50,793 nt of DNA from Oscillospiraceae bacterium (GTDB taxonomy: Bacteria > Bacillota > Clostridia > Oscillospirales > CAG-272). The notes under the pieces are model-generated. The model was given only the letters and a program-made list of their open reading frames with translations. It was not told the DNA's origin and made no database searches. A program made the position numbers and the translations under genes. Of the stretch, positions 1-8,313 are shown piece after piece (within the stretch, counting starts at the first letter, position 1; each line of letters begins with the position of its first letter). The stretch spans positions 1 to 50,793 of the forward strand of contig SVTI01000003.1 in the NCBI GenBank assembly GCA_015063855.1, given 5' to 3'.

Positions 1-56
1 GTGTAGTGCTCTCCGTTAGTTTATTTAAGACATTTTGTCACAGCAAACTCACCACT

Positions 57-470
57 AAACTATAATTTGTAGATATGCTTATTTCGGGCATTGAAAAATT
101 GATTACTGCTAACTCCAAACCCGAAGCATATGGGCGAAGGGTGAAACCCTTCAAACTATAATTTAAAGAAATAAATTGTCGTTTTAATGGCTTGAAATAT
201 AGTTATTTGTATATTTAATCCTCAAGGGACGTCGAGTCGCCGTCCCCTACGGGTCTACTGCAAATCCTTCATTTCGGGCATTAAAGGATGAATTTAATCT
301 AACTTCAAACCCGAGTATAGCCGCGGTGCAACCGCCCCGAAGAGCAGGGTGCAGGGCAAAGCCCTTCAAACTGTAATTTGTAGATATGCTTATTTCGGGT
401 ACTGCAGAAACGGTTATAGATAACTTCATGCCCGATCATTCGCTGCAGGCCGGCGCCTGCCTGTAATTTA
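57..470. repeat. Mosaic cluster of three hairpin repeat units (ATTTCGGG...CCCGA) with AAACT(A/G)TAATTT linkers
   Basis: ATTTCGGG at 81, 271 and 392 is each followed exactly 30 nt later by AACT(C/T)CA..CCCGA. AAACTRTAATTTGTAGATATGCTTATTTCGGG occurs at 57 and 368. AGGG(TGAAA/CAAAG)CCCTTC hairpins lie at about 138-152 and 353-367. Confidence 0.85.
226..250 (-). repeat. GTAG-type REP-like palindrome
   Basis: Minus strand reads GTAGGGGACGGCGACTCGACGTCCC: a GTAG tetranucleotide followed by an imperfect GGGACG/CGTCCC stem. Confidence 0.65.
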
Positions 471-557
471 TCGATAACCCCTTTATTTTTTTAAAATAGT
501 GTGGTATAATATAATGATTAAATATTTTTCTAAGATAAAAACAAGGAGAAATCCTAT

Positions 558-3404
558 ATGGCAAACAAGAATTTAACTATAACGGGAGCAAGGGTTCACA
601 ACTTAAAGAATGTTGATATAACCATTCCCCGTGACAAGCTTGTGGTTTTCACAGGGCTTTCCGGTTCGGGAAAATCCTCTCTTGCCTTTGACACGATTTA
701 TGCAGAAGGTCACAGACGATTTGTGGAATCGCTTTCATCATACGCAAGAATGTTCTTAGGACAGCTTGACAAGCCCGATATCGACTCTATAGAGGGTCTG
801 TCCCCTGCTATATCCATCGACCAGAAAACCACATCTAAAAATCCCCGTTCTACCGTGGGTACCGTAACAGAAATATACGACTATCTTCGTCTTTTATATT
901 CAAGAGTGGGTATTCCCCACTGTCCTATCTGCGGACGAGAGATCCGTCAACAGACCGTTGACCAGATTATCGACCGCATCATGGCTCTGCCTGAGGGTAC
1001 ACGATTTATGGTACTTGCCCCTGTTGTAAAGGCTAAAAAGGGTATGCACGAAAAGGTGTTTGAAAAGGCTACCAAGAGCGGTTACGTTCGTGTTCGTGTT
1101 GACGGCATTATGTACGACTTAAGCGAGGAAATAAAGCTTGATAAAAACATAAAGCATACTGTTGAGATAATCGTTGACCGTCTTGTAATGCGTGACAATA
1201 TACGCTCGCGTCTTTCCGATTCTCTTGAAAACGCTCTTTCATTAACAGAAGGTGTTGTGGGAATTTCGATAGTAAGACGTGAGGGTGAGGAGTATGGCGA
1301 AAACGAAGAAACCGAGCTTTCCTTCTCCCTTAACTACGCCTGCGAGGAGCACGGCATATCTATAGGAGAGTTGTCTCCCAGAATGTTCTCCTTCAATAAC
1401 CCTATGGGTGCCTGTCCCGAATGCCTTGGTATAGGCGTACTCCCCCGTATATCCTTTGACAGAGTTGTTCCGGACAAGAACCTTTCTCTGCGAGAGGGTG
1501 CTTTGCAGGTAAACGGCTTTAAAACCATGGACGAAAACTCATGGACAGGTCCTGTTGTGGCAGAGGTGGGCAAGCTCTACGGCTTCACTCTTGATACAAA
1601 GATATGCGATTACACTCCCGAAGCCCTTGAGGTATTGCTCTACGGTTCAAACGACAGATTTGATGTTGTAAGATATTTTGACGGTATTGGACATAACGTA
1701 AAGGACTACCGCTTTGAAGGACTTTTAAACATCCTTCAGCAGAGATATGAGCAATCGCAAAACGAATATTATCAGGATTTTATCGAAGAGGTTCCCTGCC
1801 CTAAATGTAAGGGCAAGCGTCTTTCAAAAGAAGTTCTTGCGGTTACCGTTGGCGGTAAGAATATTCACGAATTCTGCTGTATGTCGGTAGCTGAGGCACT
1901 TGATTTTGTAAAGAATCTTCAGTTTACCGAAACCGAGATGACAATAGCAAGAGAAATACTCAAAGAGGTTAAGAGCCGTCTTGAATTTATGATGAACGTT
2001 GGTCTTGACTACCTTACCCTTAACCGTAAAGCCGGTACTTTATCGGGCGGTGAGGCACAGAGAATACGTCTTGCCACACAGATAGGCTCATCCCTTATGG
2101 GCGTGCTTTACATCCTTGATGAGCCCAGTATCGGTCTTCATCAGCGTGATAATTCAAAGCTTATAGATACTCTTAAAAAGCTCCGCGACGTCGGCAACTC
2201 TCTTATCGTGGTTGAGCATGATGAGGAAACCATGCTTGAATCTGACTATATCGTTGACATCGGTCCCGGCGCAGGTATACACGGAGGTAATATCGTTTCT
2301 CAGGGCACACCTGCGGAGATAATGGCGGATGAAAATTCAATCACAGGCAGATTCCTCTCAGGGAAGGAAAAAATCGAGATACCCAAGGTTCGCCGTAAAG
2401 GCAACGGAAAAAGCATCAAGATCATCGGTGCTAAGGAAAACAACCTTAAGAACGTTTCTGTTGAAATCCCTCTCGGCAAATTTGTCTGTGTGACCGGTGT
2501 ATCCGGCTCGGGTAAATCCTCTCTTATCAACGCTATTCTTCACAGAGCATTGGCAAAGACACTTAACAAGGCTATGTCCTTCCCCGGCAAGCATGACCGT
2601 ATAGAGGGTGTGGAGAACCTTGACAAGGTTATCGATATAGATCAGGCTCCCATAGGCAGAACTCCCCGTTCCAATCCTGCTACCTATACGGGACTCTTCA
2701 CGGATCTGCGCGAGCTTTTTGCCGCAACACCGGATGCTAAACAAAGAGGCTACAAAGCAAACCGCTTCTCCTTTAACCTTAAGGGCGGACGCTGTGAAGC
2801 CTGCGAGGGTGACGGCGTTAAGAAGATAGAAATGCACTTCCTTCCCGACGTTTACGTAACCTGTGACGTTTGTAAGGGTATGAGATACAACCGTGACACG
2901 CTTGAGGTCAGATACAAGGGTAAAAATATCTACGATGTACTTGAAATGACGGTAGAGGAAGCGCTTGAATTCTTCTCAAGCCTTCCCAAAGTTAAGCGCA
3001 AGCTTCAAACTCTTTATGACGTGGGCTTGGGTTACATCAAGTTAGGTCAGTCCTCCACACAGCTTTCAGGCGGCGAGGCGCAGAGAGTCAAGCTTGCCAC
3101 CGAGCTTTCAAAGAGAAGCACAGGAAAGACCATATATATCCTTGACGAGCCTACAACAGGTCTTCATTCTGCGGATGTTAAGAAGCTTATCGAGGTTTTA
3201 CAGCGTCTTGTGGATGCCGGAAACACCGTGCTTGTTATCGAGCATAACCTTGATATGATCAAAACAGCCGATCATATTATCGACCTCGGACCTGAGGGCG
3301 GTGACAAGGGTGGTACGATAATTGCAACCGGCACTCCCGAGGAGGTTGCCAAGTGCAGAACTTCATACACAGGTATGTATCTGAAAAAAATACTAAATAA
3401 ATAA
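558..3404 (+). CDS. uvrA: Excinuclease ABC subunit A
   Basis: 948 aa with two ABC ATPase domains ([26 protein letters not shown] twice), Zn-finger CxxC motifs and an AGGAG RBS. Confidence 0.98.
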   Translation: MANKNLTITGARVHNLKNVDITIPRDKLVVFTGLSGSGKSSLAFDTIYAEGHRRFVESLSSYARMFLGQLDKPDIDSIEGLSPAISIDQKTTSKNPRSTVGTVTEIYDYLRLLYSRVGIPHCPICGREIRQQTVDQIIDRIMALPEGTRFMVLAPVVKAKKGMHEKVFEKATKSGYVRVRVDGIMYDLSEEIKLDKNIKHTVEIIVDRLVMRDNIRSRLSDSLENALSLTEGVVGISIVRREGEEYGENEETELSFSLNYACEEHGISIGELSPRMFSFNNPMGACPECLGIGVLPRISFDRVVPDKNLSLREGALQVNGFKTMDENSWTGPVVAEVGKLYGFTLDTKICDYTPEALEVLLYGSNDRFDVVRYFDGIGHNVKDYRFEGLLNILQQRYEQSQNEYYQDFIEEVPCPKCKGKRLSKEVLAVTVGGKNIHEFCCMSVAEALDFVKNLQFTETEMTIAREILKEVKSRLEFMMNVGLDYLTLNRKAGTLSGGEAQRIRLATQIGSSLMGVLYILDEPSIGLHQRDNSKLIDTLKKLRDVGNSLIVVEHDEETMLESDYIVDIGPGAGIHGGNIVSQGTPAEIMADENSITGRFLSGKEKIEIPKVRRKGNGKSIKIIGAKENNLKNVSVEIPLGKFVCVTGVSGSGKSSLINAILHRALAKTLNKAMSFPGKHDRIEGVENLDKVIDIDQAPIGRTPRSNPATYTGLFTDLRELFAATPDAKQRGYKANRFSFNLKGGRCEACEGDGVKKIEMHFLPDVYVTCDVCKGMRYNRDTLEVRYKGKNIYDVLEMTVEEALEFFSSLPKVKRKLQTLYDVGLGYIKLGQSSTQLSGGEAQRVKLATELSKRSTGKTIYILDEPTTGLHSADVKKLIEVLQRLVDAGNTVLVIEHNLDMIKTADHIIDLGPEGGDKGGTIIATGTPEEVAKCRTSYTGMYLKKILNK

Positions 3405-3410
3405 TTAATT

Positions 3411-3437
3411 AAAATAGCAGGTTATCCTGCTATTTTT
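3411..3437 (+). terminator. Rho-independent terminator after uvrA
   Basis: AAAATAGCAGG-TTAT-CCTGCTATTTTT stem-loop with T tract. Confidence 0.8.
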
Positions 3438-3549
3438 CTTCGATTGAAGAAAAATACATTATAAACTTATAAAAAAGTACTTTATTTTTCCTTTCCGATA
3501 TGTCATAATATAAATAGTTTAATTAATTTGTCTTTTAGGGAGTAAAAAA

Positions 3550-4437
3550 ATGATACTTGAGCTAAAAAACATAGAAAAGTCCTTCGGGCAAAATAAAGTA
3601 CTCTGCGATGTATCCTTCAAGGCAGAAGGCGGCAAAGCATTCGGTCTGCTCGGCAGAAACGGAGCAGGTAAGACAACCTCTATTCGTATACTTATGGGTG
3701 TGTTCCCTGCAAACAGCGGTGAAGTCCTTATAGACGGTAATCCCATAGATTATAACAAGGTAGGTATAGGTTATCTTCCTGAGGAGAGAGGACTCTATCC
3801 AAAAAAGATAATTATAGACCAGCTTACTTACTTCGCCGAGCTGAAAGGCATGGAACATAGGGAGGCAGTTAAAGCTATAGACTATTGGCTCGGACGTCTC
3901 GGTATGACCGAATACCGTAATAAAAAACTTGATACCCTATCCAAGGGAAATCAGCAAAAGATACAGCTTATCACGGCCCTTGCACATGATCCCGATATCG
4001 TTATTCTCGACGAGCCCTTCTCAGGTCTTGACCCCGTAAATGCCATGCTTCTCAAAAACGTTGTAAAGGAACAGATATCCAAGGGGAAGATAGTTCTCTT
4101 CTCAAGCCATCAGATGAGCTATATTGAGGAATTCTGTGACAGTATAGCGATCCTTAATAACGGTAAGGTCGTGCTTCAGGGTGATCTGTGTAACATTAAG
4201 CGCGATTATCCCCGTGACCGTCTGGTGGTACGTTGTGAGAACAAACAGTCGGTAATGAAGGATTTCAAAAACAGCTCGTTAACCGAAAAAGGAGATGTTA
4301 TAATCAAGCTTGCCTCGGTCGATGAAAAAAAGGCTGTTATGAATTACCTTACAGAAAAATACGATATAGACAGTATTAAAGTGCTCGAGCCCTCGCTTAA
4401 TGACATATTCGTAGAATACGCAAAGGAGGACAAATAA
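3550..4437 (+). CDS. ABC-2 type exporter ATP-binding protein (YhaQ/NatA-like)
   Basis: Walker A GRNGAGKT, signature LSKGNQQK, Walker B ILDEPFSGLD and C-terminal EPSLNDIF. Confidence 0.92.
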   Translation: MILELKNIEKSFGQNKVLCDVSFKAEGGKAFGLLGRNGAGKTTSIRILMGVFPANSGEVLIDGNPIDYNKVGIGYLPEERGLYPKKIIIDQLTYFAELKGMEHREAVKAIDYWLGRLGMTEYRNKKLDTLSKGNQQKIQLITALAHDPDIVILDEPFSGLDPVNAMLLKNVVKEQISKGKIVLFSSHQMSYIEEFCDSIAILNNGKVVLQGDLCNIKRDYPRDRLVVRCENKQSVMKDFKNSSLTEKGDVIIKLASVDEKKAVMNYLTEKYDIDSIKVLEPSLNDIFVEYAKEDK

Positions 4438-5676
4438 ATGAAGCAGTTTAGAAAGATACTCAATTTTGAATTGAAATACTATTTCAAAAACAAGATCTTT
4501 GTCGGGATTACAATTTTCCTTGTTCTTCTTATCGCGGTAGTTATGTTCTTCCCCCGTATTTCACCTCTCTTCAAGAATGATGCCGATAACAGCTCGGAGC
4601 AGCTACCCGTCATGCTCGTTAAAGCTTATGATCGGGATAATGCCGACATAGTATACGAGACCTTTGCCGCTGCATTTACCGACTACGACGTACAGATAAC
4701 GGATTCGGATACCAAGGATATAAAGAAAGCTATTACAGAGGGCGATGCCGATTCTGCTTTTATAATGACTGCACCTAGCGAATATACCTATTACGTCAAT
4801 AATCTGTCTATGTATGACATGAACACAGAAACGGCAAACAGCGTTCTTCAAAAAATATATCAGATGAATGCCATGGTCGAAGGCGGTATGTCCCCGGACA
4901 AAGCAACCGAGGTCATGAGTATTCAGATTAACAGCAGGGTGGAAAGCCTCGGCAAAGATCAGGCGCAGAATTTCTTCTATACCTATATTATGATCTTTGC
5001 ACTCTATATGGTTATACTTCTCTACGGACAGATGGTAGCGACAAACGTAGCGACCGAAAAAAGCTCACGCGCCATGGAGCTTCTTATAACCAGCGCCAAG
5101 CCTACGAGCATGATGTTCGGCAAGGTGATTGCCTCTTGCCTTGCAGGATTTATACAGATAGTCACAGTTTTCGGTTCAGCTCTTATCTTCTACAATCTTA
5201 ACAAAACCTATTGGAAGGACAGTATGATAATCAAGTCCATCTTCAATATCCCTCCTACTCTTCTGCTGTATATGTTGATATTCTTTGTCCTCGGCTTCCT
5301 GATATACGCGTTTATGTTCGGTGCGGTGGGCTCTACCGCCTCAAAGCTTGAGGATATCAATACCTCGGTAATGCCGATAACTATGCTCTTCGTAATTGCA
5401 TTCATCGTGGTAATGACCTCCATGAGCTCAGGCAACGTGGATAATACCCTTATGAAGATATGTTCATATATCCCCTTCACCTCCCCTATGTCAATGTTTA
5501 CGAGAATCGCAATGAGTACGGTTGCATGGTATGAGATCGCACTGTCCATAGTAATTCTTATAGGCTCTACCGTCGGTATAGGCATACTCGCCGCAAAGAT
5601 CTACCGTGCAGGTGTACTTATGTACGGTACTACACCTAAGATAACAAACATTATCAAGGCGGTGTGGAAGGCTTAA
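4438..5676 (+). CDS. ABC-2 type exporter permease (YhaP/NatB-like)
   Basis: One N-terminal TM helix, a large extracellular loop and about 5 C-terminal TM helices. EKSSRAMELL motif; abuts the ATPase gene. Confidence 0.9.
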   Translation: MKQFRKILNFELKYYFKNKIFVGITIFLVLLIAVVMFFPRISPLFKNDADNSSEQLPVMLVKAYDRDNADIVYETFAAAFTDYDVQITDSDTKDIKKAITEGDADSAFIMTAPSEYTYYVNNLSMYDMNTETANSVLQKIYQMNAMVEGGMSPDKATEVMSIQINSRVESLGKDQAQNFFYTYIMIFALYMVILLYGQMVATNVATEKSSRAMELLITSAKPTSMMFGKVIASCLAGFIQIVTVFGSALIFYNLNKTYWKDSMIIKSIFNIPPTLLLYMLIFFVLGFLIYAFMFGAVGSTASKLEDINTSVMPITMLFVIAFIVVMTSMSSGNVDNTLMKICSYIPFTSPMSMFTRIAMSTVAWYEIALSIVILIGSTVGIGILAAKIYRAGVLMYGTTPKITNIIKAVWKA

Positions 5677-5682
5677 AGCTGT

Positions 5683-5961
5683 ATGAAAAAGGAAAAAATC
5701 ATGAAAGCAAAATGGCTTCTGTTTACATCAATATTTCAGATTCTAATGGGTATTTCGGCGATAGTCGGCTATATATTGGTTTTCAGGTCAGGTGAATCGC
5801 TTATCAGATGGACGGTTACGCTTTTCTTGGGAATCGCATTTATCATAAGGGGTACCGTAGATATAGTGAAATGGAAAAAACTGAATAAAGTGCCGCCGAA
5901 TTTCGCCCGTTTTCATCGTGCAAACAATTCACACGAAACGGAACATTTTCCTATAAATTAA
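5683..5961 (+). CDS. Small two-TM membrane protein; last ~23 codons come from a repeat element
   Basis: Two hydrophobic segments, directly after the permease. The 3' end overlaps the repeat copy at 5889-5963. Confidence 0.6.
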   Translation: MKKEKIMKAKWLLFTSIFQILMGISAIVGYILVFRSGESLIRWTVTLFLGIAFIIRGTVDIVKWKKLNKVPPNFARFHRANNSHETEHFPIN

Positions 5962-5963
5962 AA
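5889..5963. repeat. Truncated copy of the type-A dispersed repeat
   Basis: CCGAATTTCGCCCGTTTTCATCGTGCAAACAATTCACACGAAACGGAACATTTTCCTATA aligns with CCGAATTTCGCCCATTTCTGAAGTGCGAACAACTCACACGAAATGAAGTAATTTCCTATA at 6778-6837. Confidence 0.85.
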
Positions 5964-5970
5964 TTAAAAT

Positions 5971-6001
5971 ATCACCGTATTAAATAATGCGGTGATTTTT
6001 T
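5971..6001 (+). terminator. Rho-independent terminator of the ABC operon
   Basis: ATCACCGTATTA-AA-TAATGCGGTGAT followed by a T run. Confidence 0.75.
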
Positions 6002-6075
6002 CTGAATAAAAAGCTCATTTTAAATCAATAATAAGTTAAATCTTATCAAAATTCAAATATGAAATGAGGTTTAAA

Positions 6076-6678
6076 ATGTTAAAAAGAGCTATACTTATTT
6101 TTTCGATACTGACAGTTTTATGCGTTTCACTTATCCCCGTGCTTCCGATACAAGGCGAGGAAAAAATATACGATAAGACACTTCGGCTTCACGTTATAGC
6201 AAATTCGGACAGCGAAGAGGATCAATGGCTTAAGCTTCAGGTTCGTGACCGTATCCTTGAGCTTATGTCCTCAACCTTCGATGAAGCAAATTCAAGAAAA
6301 GAGGCGATCGATATTGTTAACACACATTATGACGAGCTTCTTAGATGTGCCGAAAACGAGATAGCCGACAAGGGCTATGATTACAAAGTAGATATCACGC
6401 TTACAGAAGAATACTATCCCACACGGGAATACGAGGGTGTGTCTCTTCCCGCAGGCAACTACCTTTCCTTACGGGTTCTTATTGGAAAGGCGGAAGGTCA
6501 GAACTGGTGGTGCGTTCTCTTCCCTCCTCTGTGTACCTCTTCTGCCGAGCCTAAAAAGAAATTGAAGGAGGCAGGATTTACATCGCCTCAGATAAAGGTA
6601 CTGACAGAGGGTGAATCACCTAAATATAAACTGAAATTCAGAATTCTTGAATTATTTAACGGATTTTTTGACAGATAA
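6076..6678 (+). CDS. spoIIR: Stage II sporulation protein R
   Basis: LRLHVIANSDSEEDQWLKLQVRD, YPTREY...LPAGNYLSLRVLIGKAEGQNWWCVLFPPLC motifs. Start moved to ATG 6076 behind GAGG (ORF track starts at 6064). Confidence 0.95.
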   Translation: MLKRAILIFSILTVLCVSLIPVLPIQGEEKIYDKTLRLHVIANSDSEEDQWLKLQVRDRILELMSSTFDEANSRKEAIDIVNTHYDELLRCAENEIADKGYDYKVDITLTEEYYPTREYEGVSLPAGNYLSLRVLIGKAEGQNWWCVLFPPLCTSSAEPKKKLKEAGFTSPQIKVLTEGESPKYKLKFRILELFNGFFDR

Positions 6679-6679
6679 A

Positions 6680-7027
6680 ACGCCGCCTGTATACTGAATA
6701 TCGTTCTTTCTTCGGTGCTAACAACTCACACGAAATCGAGTAATTTCCTATATATTAAAAAAGCGCCGCCGGGCGCACCGAATTTCGCCCATTTCTGAAG
6801 TGCGAACAACTCACACGAAATGAAGTAATTTCCTATATATTAAAAAAGAGGGTGCCGACCCGCAACGATGATCGGGCATGAACTACGTCAAAACCTCTAA
6901 CTTCAATGCCCGAAACGGAGCAATTTCCTATATATTAAAAAAGCGCCGCCGGGCGCACCGAATTTCGCCCATTTCTGAAGTGCGAACAACTCACACGAAA
7001 TGAAGTAATTTCCTATATATTTAAAAA
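6680..7027. repeat. Tandem array of four 85-95 bp modular repeat units (A', A, B, A) joined by AATTTCCTATATATTAAAAAAG
   Basis: Linker at 6742, 6827, 6922 and 7007 (last one imperfect). 6742-6841 is identical to 6922-7021. The middle unit matches the reverse complement of 42859-42960. Confidence 0.92.
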
Positions 7028-7056
7028 TGAAGAGACTGCTTTTGCAGTCTCTTCAT
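7022..7056 (-). terminator. Terminator of the SipW operon (possibly bidirectional)
   Basis: Perfect 13-bp stem ATGAAGAGACTGC/GCAGTCTCTTCAT, with a T run on the minus strand, 3 nt after the stop codon at 7060. Confidence 0.85.
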
Positions 7057-7059
7057 CAG

Positions 7060-7731
7060 TTATGATTGTGTTGTTCTCTTTTTACCGCATGCTGTAATAA
7101 CAACGGTAATAATTATCAACGCGCTTACAACAGCAAGACCAATATACAAAGTCAGATCAGTATTATCGTTTGTCTGAGGAGGCTTTGGGTCATCCTTTTC
7201 AACGGGAAGCTCATCTGCCTTGAATTCCCAATCTACATATCCGAGGGTATTCATATACTCGTTGTTAAGTTCCTCGGGAACATCAAGCGTAAGATCCAAA
7301 GTAATCTCACCGCCTGAATATATCGTTCCGAGATATACCCAATCTTTGAGTTGTGCTTCTTCATTCGCAGGAGCATCGAAGAGAACTGAGTCGCCGTTCT
7401 GCTTAACTGTAAGCTTCAGCTTTGAAAGAAATTCATCATCTGATTCTTCAGCCATACTTGTGTCGAGCGCTCTTACATAAAGCTTGATCTTAACATCTTT
7501 AACCTTTTCATTAACCACCTTGATACTGTCGGTAAGCTTATCACCGGGCATGACGTCCTTAAAGCTTGTAAAAAGGTCGGTGGGAGATTTATCGCTTCCC
7601 GGCTTAAAGATAAAATCCTTGGTATTAGCGTTAAACGTTACGTTACCTTGAGCAAATAAAGGAAGTGTCATGGAAACAATTATAACCGCAGTTATAAAGA
7701 GGAAGCTGAACTTTTTAATTATTATTTTCAT
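7060..7731 (-). CDS. TasA/camelysin-like domain protein with a C-terminal sortase-type sorting signal (PPQTND-TM-KKR)
   Basis: Sec signal peptide; FKDVMPGDKLTDSIKVVN resembles the camelysin/TasA 'PGD' motif; C-terminal PPQTND, hydrophobic helix and basic tail. Confidence 0.75.
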   Translation of the reverse strand: MKIIIKKFSFLFITAVIIVSMTLPLFAQGNVTFNANTKDFIFKPGSDKSPTDLFTSFKDVMPGDKLTDSIKVVNEKVKDVKIKLYVRALDTSMAEESDDEFLSKLKLTVKQNGDSVLFDAPANEEAQLKDWVYLGTIYSGGEITLDLTLDVPEELNNEYMNTLGYVDWEFKADELPVEKDDPKPPQTNDNTDLTLYIGLAVVSALIIITVVITACGKKRTTQS

Positions 7732-7743
7732 TTTTCCTCCTCC

Positions 7744-8304
7744 TTATTTGCTTATTCTACCTGTACTGCTTACTGTCACACCCCATGCTTCTTTAACAGC
7801 GCTTGTGGGGTTCGACTGTATAGCATCGGCGATGATTTCGACCTCAAGGTGATAGCCTGCAGGAGTTCTGCCACTTATGGGTTTAACTTCTCTGATGAAG
7901 TCCGGAGTAGATTTACCTGCAGCAACGGGTAAAGCGTAATAATAATATCCGTCAGAGGTAGTGAAATCCCAATTAGTGTTACTACCAAATCTAAAGGTAT
8001 AATCCTCATCCTTTACCGGCATTGAAGGATAAACATTACCGTTTGCATCCTTCCATGTTATAATATAATATGCTCTGATATAAGCAGAGGATCTTTCGGA
8101 TGTGTTCTTGATCTGAACATGCTCTTTTACTTCACCGTCAAAGGTTTCTGTAACCTCGGCTGATATATCACCCGGGAAGAAGGTGTTGACGATAGTATTG
8201 GTAAAATCAGTCTTATATGCAATGGTAACCCCGACAGACACTACAAAGAGGGCTACTATAGAAATTATAAAGAGTTTTTTATGAGCTTTAATATATTTCA
8301 TCAC
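7744..8304 (-). CDS. SipW-cognate secreted protein (TasA/CalY/BsaA-like subunit)
   Basis: GVTIA|YKTDFTNTIVNTFFPG signal/mature junction; AYIRA, DGYYYY and ADAIQS motifs shared with its paralogs. Confidence 0.8.
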   Translation of the reverse strand: MMKYIKAHKKLFIISIVALFVVSVGVTIAYKTDFTNTIVNTFFPGDISAEVTETFDGEVKEHVQIKNTSERSSAYIRAYYIITWKDANGNVYPSMPVKDEDYTFRFGSNTNWDFTTSDGYYYYALPVAAGKSTPDFIREVKPISGRTPAGYHLEVEIIADAIQSNPTSAVKEAWGVTVSSTGRISK

Positions 8305-8313
8305 AATACCTCC

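Noticed and set aside
247-429. 60-aa minus-strand ORF
   Set aside because: Lies entirely within the repeat mosaic, with no RBS or recognisable motif.
430-557. LexA (GAAC-N4-GTTC) box upstream of uvrA
   Set aside because: No convincing match found; only an extended -10 (TGTGGTATAAT) is visible.
6001-6035. Sporulation sigma-factor promoter for spoIIR
   Set aside because: GAATAA...CAATAATA is suggestive, but too weak in such AT-rich DNA to call.
6742-7027. CRISPR array (22-bp direct repeat, four copies)
   Set aside because: Inserts are 63-73 bp, two are identical, they are structured and recur elsewhere in the window, and no cas genes are present.
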